A stretch of DNA of 64,000 nucleotides from assembly GCA_965226245.1 (NCBI GenBank), contig CBDDCL010000015.1, positions 1,839,412 to 1,903,411 of the forward strand, in the 5' to 3' direction. The notes below the pieces were generated by a model, which saw only the letters and a program-made list of their open reading frames with translations, searched no databases and had not been told where the DNA came from. Shown here piece after piece: positions 16,925-27,679 of the stretch. The translations under genes were made by a program, and so were the position numbers. Source of the stretch: Bryobacterales bacterium. GTDB taxonomy: Bacteria; Acidobacteriota; Terriglobia; Bryobacterales; UBA6623. How positions within the stretch are numbered: position 1 is the first letter of the stretch; the number at the start of each line of letters is the position of its first letter.

Positions 16925-17435
16925 TTACACTAGTCAAGTTCTTGCTAGTCGTAGTTAGTGTCGGTTTTTTTGCGCTCGGCGTCGACGATCTCTTGGTTGA
17001 CATCTGCTACGCAGTCCGGCGTTTGTATCGCCGGCTCTTCGTGGAGCGGCGATACAAATCACTCAGCGAAAGTGATCTCCTCGAAAAGAGCGAACAGCCT
17101 GTTGCCATTATGATTCCTACCTGGCAGGAGTCTGGCGTCATCCGGCAGATGCTAGAGAATACGCTGCGGACGGTAACTTACTCAGACTTTGAGATCTTCG
17201 TTGGCACGTACCAAAACGACGAAGAGACAGCAGCCGCGGTAGAGAAGGCCCGCGAGCAATCGCACCGCGTTCACCGAATTGTCTGTCCCAAGGACGGGCC
17301 AACCAGCAAAGCCGACTGCCTCAACTGGATCTATCAGGGGATCCGGTCCTTTGAGGCTCGCAACAGCGTCAAGTTCGCATTCTATGTCATGCATGACTCG
17401 GAGGATATCGTTCACCCGCTCTCGCTAAAGTTGTT

Positions 17436-18472
17436 GATGGGTATTCACTTGACTCAGGTATTTTGAAATGGCCCCTACATGTTGTGGTTGTCCGTAGCGC
17501 GTGTTGCGGTGCCTCCGACCAGCGACTTGTAGGGCGCCGGTTGGACGGCGACGGCCTGCTGAACCAGGCGGTAGAAGAGCTTGCCTCGGCTTCTGGACTT
17601 GCGGCGGTTGAAGCGGAAGGTGAATTCGTCGAGGTAGTAGTCGAGATGCTCGTGGCTGACGGCTCCTTGATGCGTACCCAGTATCCAACGCTTCAGTAAC
17701 GACACCACGCGATGCACGCGGGGGAGCAGTTGAGAGGCTCGTGCCGGTTGCCCGTCCAGGTAGCTCACCTCGTGGCGATAGCCGTCGCTTTCGAGTGGCT
17801 CGTATCCCAGCCAGCCGTCCGTGTGGACCACGCTGCCGGGTTCGACCGACTCGCCGACGAAGGCCATCAAGCTGTCCCCAGAGGCGTTCGGAATCGTGCG
17901 CATCCGAACTCGTCCGATGCCGGCGCCATCTTCCTCGGCCGCTACTACAATCAGCGCTTTCGCGTCGGTTTGGCGGCCCCGCACGCCCTCCTCCAGGGCT
18001 CCTAAGTAAGTCTCGTCAACCTCAACGCGCCCGCTGAGGCGATCACGTCCGGGCCGCACCATAGCGCGCCGAAGCTTGTGCAACCAAGTCCAGGCCGTCT
18101 TGTAGCTGCCCAGGCCCAACACCCGCTGCAATCCCAATGCACTCGCCCCGTTCTTCTGGCTGGTGAGCCACCACATTGCTCGAAACCAACTCTGGAGCGG
18201 CTTGCGGGTGTCTTGAAAGATTGTGCCTGCTGTCGCCGAAGCTTGATGCCCGCAGCTTGCACACTGCAGCAGCACCGTGCGCACCGCCCAGGTTTTGTCA
18301 TGCCCGCATCGCGGACAACGAAAACCCTCCGGCCAGCGGAGTTGACACAGATACTCCCGACAGGCCTGCTCGCTAGCGAAACGCGCCTCGAACTCGGCCA
18401 AATTCCGGGGATAATCTTCCATCGCCCAAGATCCTACATCTTGGGGTCACCTGAGTCAAGTAAATACCCATC
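17436..18472 (-). mobile_element. ISb2 (diverged IS1595/ISXO2-like relative of ISb, 1037 bp)
   Basis: Ends gatgggtattcacttgactcaggt / acctgagtcaagtaaatacccatc. The 8-bp duplication AAGTTGTT is at 17428-17435 and 18473-18480. Confidence 0.88.
17475..18422 (-). CDS. IS1595-family (ISXO2-like) transposase, 315 aa
   Basis: MEDYPRNLAEFEARF..., CPRCG...CASCG, VEVDETYLGA, VVHTDGWLGY. Clearly homologous to, but distinct from, the ISb protein. Confidence 0.9.
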   Translation of the reverse strand: MEDYPRNLAEFEARFASEQACREYLCQLRWPEGFRCPRCGHDKTWAVRTVLLQCASCGHQASATAGTIFQDTRKPLQSWFRAMWWLTSQKNGASALGLQRVLGLGSYKTAWTWLHKLRRAMVRPGRDRLSGRVEVDETYLGALEEGVRGRQTDAKALIVVAAEEDGAGIGRVRMRTIPNASGDSLMAFVGESVEPGSVVHTDGWLGYEPLESDGYRHEVSYLDGQPARASQLLPRVHRVVSLLKRWILGTHQGAVSHEHLDYYLDEFTFRFNRRKSRSRGKLFYRLVQQAVAVQPAPYKSLVGGTATRATDNHNM

Positions 18473-18596
18473 AAGTTGTTTAACTACCTCATGCCCAGAA
18501 TGGGGATGGTACAACTCCCGGTACTTCCTCTGCAGACTCGGCTGCGGGACTTCACGAGTGGTCACTATATCGACGAGTTTTGTGAGTTTCATTCCA

Positions 18597-20396
18597 CCTG
18601 AATTATGCACAGGTTCGGCGTAGCCATCGCCGATGGAGTTGTGGCGGTAGCGGCAGTCGTGTCAACTCAGTGATTTAGCAAGTCGTCTTTTCCGCGGTTT
18701 CCCTCCCGGTTTGAGCCGCCTCCCAATCCGGGCGGGCAAAAGCGGGCTCGCAAACGGCATGTTCCCAGTAGCTTGCAGCAAGTGCATAAAATTTTATGCA
18801 TGGAGCACCTCTCAACGCAGCGCACCCTCCACCACCGGCGCGCAGCTCGATCCCGGCGGCGCCATCGCCCGCAGCCGCCGCATCAGCCGCTCGAACAGGC
18901 CCTGCTCCTGGTACTGATCGCTGTAGCTGATGCCCGTTCTGCCGGCGTGCCGCCAGATCTTGGCCGCCACGAACAGAAAGCGCAGCCGCGCCGTCGCCAG
19001 GGTGGTGTGCCGCAGCTTCTCCGGGGTGGCGTCGGCTTCACGCTGGAACAGCAGCAGCCAGCAGTTGAGGTTGTAGGCCAGCATGACCAACTGAAAGTGA
19101 TTGCGGTTGGTGTCAAAGCGGCGCGAAGGATGGGCCGCCAGCCCGGCATCGTTGTTGGCCTCCTTGATCAGGTTTTCCGCCCCGGCCCGCTGATTGTAAA
19201 ACCACACCACCGCCGCGATCGGCTCGGCCAGGTTGGTCACAAACACGCGGTAGGTGTAAGCGCTGGTTGCAAACAACTGATATTGCTCGACCTCCTCGGT
19301 TTCCGGCTCCTTTTCATAACGCAGCGCGACAAAGCGGCAAGCCCTGCCCCAGCCTTGCGGCTGGCAGAGGAATTCGCACTCCGCCGCAGCGTCGCTGTGG
19401 GGCGAGGGCTTCCATTCCGCTTGCTGCAACTGCTCGACCAGTCGCCTGGTCTTGCGCGCCACGATGACGAACTGACAATGCGCTTGTTCGTAGGCTGCCA
19501 CCGCTTCCCAGCAATAAAAGCCGGAATCGGCCCGCGCCAAGATCCGCTTCACACTGGCCGGCAAAGCCTGGAAAGCACTTTCGAGGTGCGCCGCGATCTC
19601 TTTGCCCGTGGGCCGGTCGCCATTGTGCAACCCGCCCATCAGGTATTCGCGCGTCTCGGCCAGGAAGGTCAGTATCGGCTGGTAGCTGCGCTTGCCCTTG
19701 TTCTTGGGGTTGTAGCTCTTGCGCCCGCCCATCTGCTGGCCGTAGAGGGTGTGCACGGTGGTGTCGGTGTCCAGCGTCACCGTGGTCAACCGCACGTTGG
19801 CCGCCGCCCAGGCTCGTTCGCGCAGTTGGCGCTGCATCGACAGGATCTGCCGCGCCACGTTGAGATGCAGCGAGGCCAGAAAGCGCCACAGCGTGGATTG
19901 CGGCGGCAGCCGCGTCACTTGCAAGATGCCGGTCAGGATGGGGTCGCGCGCGATGAAGCGGAGTTGGTTGAGCCGCGCAAAGCCGACATAGAGGCCCAGC
20001 ACGAGGGCCAGCACAAACTGGTAGAGGCTCATCACACGGGTGATTCGTTTGACGCTGAGGGTTTGTTCCAGCAGCTCTTGGAAGCCGAGTTTTTCGAGCA
20101 GGGTGGCGACCGGCAGCAGGCCGCCGTAGGGAGTCAGATTCTTGCCGCGGAAGTGATAGGGCGTGGAAGCCCCGATTTTATTGGGCTGCGGAGCCGTCGC
20201 GCCGCGGCCTTGTTTGGCGGGGTTTTTGGAGCTATGCTGTTTTCGCTTGGTAACCATTTGGGTGACCTCCTTGGGGTTGGCTGGCGAAGCTGAAATCTTT
20301 GCCAGCCTACCTTATTACCCCATGTTTTCGGGGGTCGCCCAATGGTCCCTCGCAGCTCAGCCCTCCTCAGGTGCACCCCGCAGTGCATAATTCAGG
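18597..20396 (-). mobile_element. ISa copy 3 (1800-bp sequence variant), intact
   Basis: Same terminal repeats. The 5-bp duplication TTCCA is at 18592-18596 and 20397-20401. It differs from the 1798-bp variant mainly in the transposase 3' third and both subterminal regions. Confidence 0.92.
18812..20257 (-). CDS. ISa transposase (variant allele, 481 aa)
   Basis: Full-length ORF with a few substitutions relative to the other copies (e.g. FLCQPQ, PETEEVEQ, NLAEPIAAVVW, RFDTNRN). Confidence 0.9.
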   Translation of the reverse strand: MVTKRKQHSSKNPAKQGRGATAPQPNKIGASTPYHFRGKNLTPYGGLLPVATLLEKLGFQELLEQTLSVKRITRVMSLYQFVLALVLGLYVGFARLNQLRFIARDPILTGILQVTRLPPQSTLWRFLASLHLNVARQILSMQRQLRERAWAAANVRLTTVTLDTDTTVHTLYGQQMGGRKSYNPKNKGKRSYQPILTFLAETREYLMGGLHNGDRPTGKEIAAHLESAFQALPASVKRILARADSGFYCWEAVAAYEQAHCQFVIVARKTRRLVEQLQQAEWKPSPHSDAAAECEFLCQPQGWGRACRFVALRYEKEPETEEVEQYQLFATSAYTYRVFVTNLAEPIAAVVWFYNQRAGAENLIKEANNDAGLAAHPSRRFDTNRNHFQLVMLAYNLNCWLLLFQREADATPEKLRHTTLATARLRFLFVAAKIWRHAGRTGISYSDQYQEQGLFERLMRRLRAMAPPGSSCAPVVEGALR

Positions 20397-21210
20397 TTCC
20401 AAGAACCTCGTGGTGCGCGAGTTTCTCAGTCACACCATGCCCTGTGCGGGTGTTGGGTGCGCTTTTAGCCGTGAGGTGTTTGAGACATTCGTCGAGGCGG
20501 ATCCAGACAATTTGTTCAACGTCGAGTCGTTGACAGAGGACTATGAGTTTGGACTGCGCCTCCGGGACTATAGCTGGAAAGCGATCTTTGTGAATAAGGC
20601 CCTGAAACGAACCGTTGTCGAAACAGATCCAAATTCCGGCGAAGAACGGCGGTCGAAGGTCTCCGATTACGTCGCTACAAGGGAGTTGTTCCCTAACAAA
20701 CTTTCCGCGGCGGTCCGTCAAAAATCCCGCTGGGTGATTGGCATTGCCCTGCAAGGCTGGCGGAATTTGGGTTGGAGAGGTACGTGGGCCGCGCGCTATG
20801 CGTTTCTGCAGGACAGGAAGTGTCTATTAGGAAATCACCTGAACATGGCGGGATACGCTCCGCTGGGCTGTCTGCTGTTGCTGTGGATCCCAACCGTAGT
20901 CGATCCCGGGCGGTACAGTTTTCCCGTCCTGGTCACGACTGGCTCCTGGCTATGGTATATCCTCTGGGTCGATCTAGTATTTCTGCTGAATCGGCTTGTT
21001 CACCGCTCGTTTTTCGTCTGGCGGATCTACGGCTGGAAGCAGGGCCTGTGCTCCATTCCAAGGGCCATCTGGGGCAATGTAATTAACTTTCTTGCGGTCG
21101 TTCGGGCTGTATATCTCTACGGGCGCTATCTACTCACCAGAAAACCCATCGGTTGGGACAAGACCGGACATGTTTTCCCGTCCGCACTGACCTTTAGCAA
21201 AACTTACGGG

Positions 21211-21369
21211 CGTTTGGGCGATTTGTTACTCGAACAGCGGTCCATCACAGTAGACCACCTGCTGGCTGCCTTACAGGTACAGCGGCAACGTCGGCTGCCT
21301 TTGGGATTGATTCTAAAAGATCTTAGGTACGTCGAGGAGCGCCATCTGCAGCGCGCACTCACCCGCCAA
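21211..21369 (+). other. Tandem MshEN-type c-di-GMP-binding motifs in the GT2 C-terminal domain
   Basis: RLGDLLLEQRSITVDHLLAALQVQ followed by LPLGLILKDLRYVEERHLQRALTRQ, compared with the published MshEN consensus RLGxx(L/V/I)(L/V/I)xxG(L/V/I/F)(L/V/I)xxxxLxxxLxxQ. The first-motif Gly is replaced by Arg. Confidence 0.6.
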
Positions 21370-23612
21370 ATTGAAAGTGCAACCCCATTGCCTCCGCCAA
21401 AGCGGCTCGTTTCGGATCTTTTGCGGAAACTGCCTCGCGATATGGCTTCCTCTTGCTCCGCGATTCCGGTAGACGAAGATCAGGAAGGGCGGGTCGTCAT
21501 CGCCACGAGCGAGATCTTGAGCCGGGAAAAAATCGAGGCTCTTCAAGCCCGCTTTGACAAGCCCATAAGGATTCAGCTGGCAGAGCGCAAAGAAGTGGGA
21601 TTGCTGATCGAGCGGGCCTACGGCTCGTGAAGTGAAACGTCAGCTCGGGAGATGCCGGTCAGCTAAATAACAACTCTTGGTAACGACTCGCCCAAACCGA
21701 ACTTTGGAAGGCATGACTTGTATGCAACGACCCAGCTATAAACCGCCTTCGATCCTTATTCTGACCGTAGCGTTGTTGGGGGCGTGTCAACTATGGGCGC
21801 CCCGGGCTGGAGCAGCCCCGGACCCCAACGTCGCCAAGACCGCCGAGCGTGGCTGGATCTCGAGAGAATACCATCGTATACGTAACCACCTTGTTCTCAG
21901 CGAGACCCATCGGCTCGTGGCGTCGCCATGGTGCGCGGTGAACTCGAAAATGCCCGCCACAAGCTGGAAACTCACCTCCGTGACCAGCCTCGAGATATAC
22001 CGGCAAGGCGCCAATACCTTACCGTGCTTGACCGTTTGGGGCTTCACCCGAAAGTCATACAAGAAGCGACGCTTCTCATCGACCAAGACCCCGAGTTTCG
22101 CGATGCCAGGCTCTACCGCGCGGGGGCCTACCAAGCGGTCGGTAGGATCCGAGAAGCGGTGTCCGACTTTCAAGCAGTGGGCATTGACCAAGCAAACGAG
22201 CAGGCAGACCGGATCTACGCGCTGAATATGGCCGCGGACCTGGCCCTCGGTCAGCAACTTTACAGCGAGGCGCTGGATTCGCTAGCGCATCTGGCAGCAT
22301 TCTCGCAAACTTATGCTGTCTACTTTCGCAGGGGTTTGGCGCTGGAGGGGGCGGGCCGGGTGTCCTCGGCGACGGAGGCTTACAAGCTCGCTCTCGAGCG
22401 GGCGAGCACGGATGAGGAGCGGCTCGGCGCCCTCCGTGGGCTAGGTGGGACGGCCCGAAAAAGCGGGGATTCGGGCGCGGCGTACAAGGTGTTTTCCAAA
22501 GCCCACCAACTAAGGTCCGACGATGTGTTCGTGCTGCGCAGCTTGGCTGAGATCACTCGTTCGCAGAAGCAATTTCGGGAAACTGCAGGGTGGGCCCGGC
22601 AGGTTCTTGCCATTACCCAGGACCCAAGTGATAGAGAGTTCCTTGCAAGTGTCCTTTACCAGAGCAAGGACTACTCAGGAGCAGCCAGAGAGTATTCAAT
22701 CCTGAAGGCGGATGTTGATCCGCCGCGGAGAGTGCGAGCTTACCGCGCTCTGGCGAATATTGCTGGCCGGCAGGGTAATTTCTCTTCCGAAAAACGCCAT
22801 CTGATGTCAGCGCTGAGTCTAGACTCCCGGAATGCTGAGGTGCTCCGGGCGCTGGCCCACAACAGCTCTAAACAAAGAGACTACGAGGCTAGCGTCAATT
22901 GGATAAAAAAGGCGAGGGCCGCCCAGCCCAAGTTGGAAGACCACATCCTTCTAGCCAACGGGTTGATCGAGCTTGGCCGGTTTCAGGACGCCGTTAAACA
23001 GTGGACCATCGTGCTTTCCGGGCTAAAGGTTCCCCGGAACAGACATCCAATCTTGGTGTCGTTGGGTCACACCCACACTCTGGCGGGTGATCAGGCCTCC
23101 GCTACAGCAGCTTTTCGTGAAGCTGCTCGCATTCGTCCGGACGTGCTCACCCTAACAGCCCTCGCACACTCTCTGGAAGCAGCACAGTCTTTGAGTGAAG
23201 CGATTGAGATTTGGGAAGCTGTGCTCGAGCAAAGTCCATCCCCGGAAACGCACTACAGATTAGGAGTACTCTTCGCCCAAGCCGGCGAAGATCTCCAGGC
23301 TCTCAACCATTTATCCAAGGCGGCACAGAACGGTCTATCAATAGAGCTGAAGGCTTCGGCATATAAGCAACTGGGTTACCTCTACCAGAAATCCGGCCAG
23401 CTGAGGCAAGCTCTTTCGGCCTTCGAAAAGGCGGTTACTCGGGACGAGAAAGATTCCGTGCTCTACCTGGCGCTGGGCAACTTATCCATGCAGATGCATG
23501 AGTACGGGAAAGCGATCCACTACTTTCAGCTCGGCCTCGCAATCGAGCACACACCAGAGCTTATTCGAGGGCTAACTGTGGCTGAGGTTCAGGCGTCAGG
23601 CGAACTGTTGCA

Positions 23613-25410
23613 CCTGAATTATGCACTGCGGGTACACCTGAGGAGGGCTGTGCCGCGAGGGACCATTGGGCGACCCCCGAAAACATGGGGTAATAAGGTA
23701 GGCTGGCAAAGATTTCAGCTTCGCCAGCCAACCCCAAGGAGGTCACCCAAATGGTTACCAAGCGAAAACAGCATAGCTCCAAAAACCCCGCCAAACAAGG
23801 CCGCGGCGCGACGGCTCCGCAGCCCAATAAAATCGGGGCTTCCACGCCCTATCACTTCCGCGGCAAGAATCTGACTCCCTACGGCGGCCTGCTGCCGGTC
23901 GCCACCCTGCTCGAAAAACTCGGCTTCCAAGAGCTGCTGGAACAAACCCTCAGCGTCAAACGAATCACCCGTGTGATGAGCCTCTACCAGTTTGTGCTGG
24001 CCCTCGTGCTGGGCCTCTATGTCGGCTTTGCGCGGCTCAACCAACTCCGCTTCATCGCGCGCGACCCCATCCTGACCGGCATCTTGCAAGTGACGCGGCT
24101 GCCGCCGCAATCCACGCTGTGGCGCTTTCTGGCCTCGCTGCATCTCAACGTGGCGCGGCAGATCCTGTCGATGCAGCGCCAACTGCGCGAACGAGCCTGG
24201 GCGGCGGCCAACGTGCGGTTGACCACGGTGACGCTGGACACCGACACCACCGTGCACACCCTCTACGGCCAGCAGATGGGCGGGCGCAAGAGCTACAACC
24301 CCAAGAACAAGGGCAAGCGCAGCTACCAGCCGATACTGACCTTCCTGGCCGAGACGCGCGAATACCTGATGGGCGGGTTGCACAATGGCGACCGGCCCAC
24401 GGGCAAAGAGATCGCGGCGCACCTCGAAAGTGCTTTCCAGGCTTTGCCGGCCAGTGTGAAGCGGATCTTGGCGCGGGCCGATTCCGGCTTTTATTGCTGG
24501 GAAGCGGTGGCAGCCTACGAACAAGCGCATTGTCAGTTCGTCATCGTGGCGCGCAAGACCAGGCGACTGGTCGAGCAGTTGCAGCAAGCGGAATGGAAGC
24601 CCTCGCCCCACAGCGACGCTGCGGCGGAGTGCGAATTCCTCTACCAGCCGCAAGGCTGGGGCAGGGCCTGCCGCTTTGTCGCGCTGCGTTATGAAAAGGA
24701 GCCGGAAACCGACGAAGTCGAGCAATATCAGTTGTTTGCAACCAGCGCTTACACCTACCGCGTGTTCGTCACCAACCTCACCGAGCCGATCGCGGCGGTG
24801 GCGTGGTTTTACAACCAGCGGGCTGGGGCGGAGAACCTCATCAAAGAAGCCAACAACGACGCCGGGCTGGCGGCCCATCCTTCGCGCCGCTTTGACATGA
24901 ACCGCAATCACTTTCAGTTGGTCATGCTGGCCTACAACCTCAACTGCTGGCTGCTGCTGTTCCAGCGCGAAGCCGACGCCACCCCGGAGAAGCTGCGCCA
25001 CACCACCCTGGCGACGGCGCGGCTGCGCTTTCTGTTCGTGGCGGCCAAGATCTGGCGGCATGCCGGCAGAACGGGCATCAGCTACAGCGATCAGTACCAG
25101 GAGCAGGGCCTGTTCGAGCGGCTGATGCGGCGGCTGCGGGCGATGGCGCCGCCGGGATCGAGCTGCGCGCCGGTGGTGGAGGGTGCGCTGCGTTGAGGGG
25201 CGCTGCGCATAGAATTTTATGCACGGGCCGCAAGCTACTGGGAACATGCCGTTTGCGAGCCCGCTTTTGCCCGCCCGGAATTGGGAGGCGGCTCAAACCG
25301 GGAAGGAAACAGCAGAAAAGACGACTTGCTAAATCACTGAGTTGACACGACTGCCGCTACCGCCACAACTCCATCGGCGATGGCTACGCCGAACCTGTGC
25401 ATAATTCAGG
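23613..25410 (+). mobile_element. ISa copy 4 (1798 bp), intact
   Basis: Terminal repeats as above. The 5-bp duplication TTGCA is at 23608-23612 and 25411-25415. Confidence 0.92.
23751..25196 (+). CDS. ISa transposase (481 aa)
   Basis: Differs from the 15341-16786 copy by a single residue (GLYVG here versus GFYVG there); the 34112-35557 protein as listed is identical. Confidence 0.9.
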   Translation: MVTKRKQHSSKNPAKQGRGATAPQPNKIGASTPYHFRGKNLTPYGGLLPVATLLEKLGFQELLEQTLSVKRITRVMSLYQFVLALVLGLYVGFARLNQLRFIARDPILTGILQVTRLPPQSTLWRFLASLHLNVARQILSMQRQLRERAWAAANVRLTTVTLDTDTTVHTLYGQQMGGRKSYNPKNKGKRSYQPILTFLAETREYLMGGLHNGDRPTGKEIAAHLESAFQALPASVKRILARADSGFYCWEAVAAYEQAHCQFVIVARKTRRLVEQLQQAEWKPSPHSDAAAECEFLYQPQGWGRACRFVALRYEKEPETDEVEQYQLFATSAYTYRVFVTNLTEPIAAVAWFYNQRAGAENLIKEANNDAGLAAHPSRRFDMNRNHFQLVMLAYNLNCWLLLFQREADATPEKLRHTTLATARLRFLFVAAKIWRHAGRTGISYSDQYQEQGLFERLMRRLRAMAPPGSSCAPVVEGALR

Positions 25411-27679
25411 TTGCAAGACGCAGATTCGCATACGAAACCGGCACTACTCAAGCAGGCAGCCGAGCGATTTCTGGCTGCATATGAAGAGTCCGATGACGCT
25501 GATCTCCTAGCGCAGACCGCTCAAGCCTACTACCTCGCTGGAGACTGGCCGGAAGCGAGCAAGACTTACGAGCGACTGATGGCGCTGCCTGGCTTAGCCC
25601 AAAATACTCTGGGACTGGCTTTGGAGAACTTGGGGTTCATTGCGCTCCGTGAAGGCCGATCAGACCAGGCGGTTGATTTTCTGAGCCAGGCGATCAAACA
25701 GGGAGGTGCCGGTTCCCGCTTGAGGCAGAACTTAGGGCTTGCTCTCTATTCTGAGCGACGTTGGCGCGAAGCCCTGGAGCAGTTTCATGCCGCCTCCGAG
25801 GAGAAGAAGGACTCCCAGGTGCTGATTTACGTGGCGCGGTGTTACAAGGAATTGAATAAGCCTGGCCTAGCCATTAAGTTCTTCAGAGAGGCACTTGCCA
25901 TTGGGAAAAGTATGCAGCCTTCCGAGCGACGCGAAGTCCTCAGCGAGCTGGGCTACCTCTACGCCGGTCAGCCAGACTACGCCGAGGCGGCGTCGGCTTG
26001 GCGTCAGGTCCTTGTCCTCAAAGAAGAACCGGCAGTCCGCATTCGGCTGGCTCGGGTGGAGCGGCTGGCTTCGGAGATCGAGAACGCGCAGACAACACTG
26101 GAGACGATCGAGGTTGGGTCCCTGCCTTCGGAGCTTATTGCTGAATACTTCGAGGAACGCGCGGAGCTAGCCTACGCCGGAGGTCAAACCGCCCAAGCGG
26201 TGGAGCACTTGGAATCATCGGCCTCCCTAGCTCCCGAACCTGGACGCTTGCTCCGGCTGGGACTTCTATACGACGAAATCGACGAGATTGACAGGTCGAT
26301 CGAGGTCCTCGAGAACGCTCGACAACTCGACCCTCAAAGCACTCGTATCGCTGAAGCTCTAGGTTATGCCTACGCCCGGCGGGATGAACTGGACCGGGCT
26401 ACCGAAGTCTTCGAAGAGGTCGCCGATCGGGATCCGCACAACTCCAATGTGACTCGGGATCTGGCCTACCTCCTCATGAAACATGGCAGAAACGAGCAGG
26501 CCCGAACTTGGTTCCGCCACTCAATTGATTATCAGCCGCAGCCCCCTGAAGCAACTCGGGATCTGCATCCCGACGAAATCGAGGAGAACTTCCGCGTCAG
26601 GAAAGAGATCTCAAAACTGGGCAATCGCGTCGACCTGATTCCCTATTTTTCGTACTCTTCGGCTGATCGCAGTCAGCCGGCGGCTTTCGCCGCAGTGGGC
26701 GGGACGGCGATCCCGTCCCAAGGCGGTGTCGAACTGGCTTACACCCCGCGGCGCTTTGGTCTGCGCAACGACCGCGTCTTCCAAGTCTTCGGACGCGTGC
26801 TAGGGAACCTCCAACCGGCTTCTCTCAGTATGGACAACGAGAGTTACCAGGGAGGAATCGGCGCCCGCTACAAGCCGCTTCCGACACAGAATTTGTACTT
26901 CTCCGGAGAGCGGCTGTTTAAGATCGGCTCGAATTCCTTCAACACTTGGTTCCTGCGCAGTCATTATTCTTGGGCGAGCGAGTACGGGGTGAAGCCGCTG
27001 CGAAAAGCCTGGAACCACACCATGTTCTACGGCGACATCGGCTACTTGACCTCTCCTGATCTGTTCACGATGTACGGAGAAGCACGACAGGGCGTCACTT
27101 TTCGTTTCGGCGATGGCTTCCTCGTGACACCTCACGCGCTGGTGGCTGGCCGGAACTACAATCCGAACAGAAATGTCAGCTCGTATCTTGAAGGCGGTGC
27201 TGGTGTCGCATTCAAAGTGTTGTACAACGACAGTCTCTACGACGTACATCGTTCCGGATTCGAGGTGGCGGTACAATACCGCTGGGGAATCATATCCGCG
27301 CTGGCGCCGCTCTTGAATCAGCCGAGGTTCGGCGGGCTCGTGATCAGTACAATGCTTCAGTTTTGAGGGAAACTTTTGGTGTCGACGATTTACTCTCGCA
27401 GTAGAATTCTACTAGTGGCAGCTTTGGCCCTTGTCGCCGCCGGAAGGTCGCGTGAACTTCCGCCATCCGTTCTAATTCAAGGAACCTTTTTGCAGTTGTG
27501 GGACGATCATGCCCAATGGAGCGATTCCCAGTGGGACAAGCTGTTTGGATACTTCGAAGAGTTGCAAATGAGGACCCTGGTGGTCCAGTGGACGGTCTAC
27601 GACTCGACGGCGTTCTATGAATCGGATCAGTTCGAGGCAGTCGGAACGCTGCCAGTTGAGGGAATCCTGAAAAGAGCCG

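Larger units (their letters stand above)
15094..21630 (+). pseudogene. NfrB-like family-2 glycosyltransferase with C-terminal MshEN (c-di-GMP-binding) domain, interrupted by three IS elements
   Basis: Segments 15094-15126, 16930-17435, 18481-18596 and 20402-21630 join in frame (1884 nt, 627 aa): MDTPFLVYSLT|LVKFLL...AIMIPTWQES...YVMHDSEDIVHPLSLKLF|NYLMPRMGMVQLPVLPL...GHYIDEFCEFHS|KNLVVREFLSHTMPCAGVGCAFSRE... Confidence 0.8.
21713..27366 (+). pseudogene. NfrA-like outer-membrane protein (signal peptide, long TPR region, C-terminal beta-barrel), interrupted by ISa and probably frameshifted near its 5' end
   Basis: Signal peptide MTCMQRPSYKPPSILILTVALLGACQLWA is in frame 2 and the TPR body in frame 1 from 21928. 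21928-23612 and 25416-27366 join in frame (...ASGELL|QDADSH...). The C-terminus has beta-strand-rich sequence ending ...LVISTMLQF. Confidence 0.75.
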
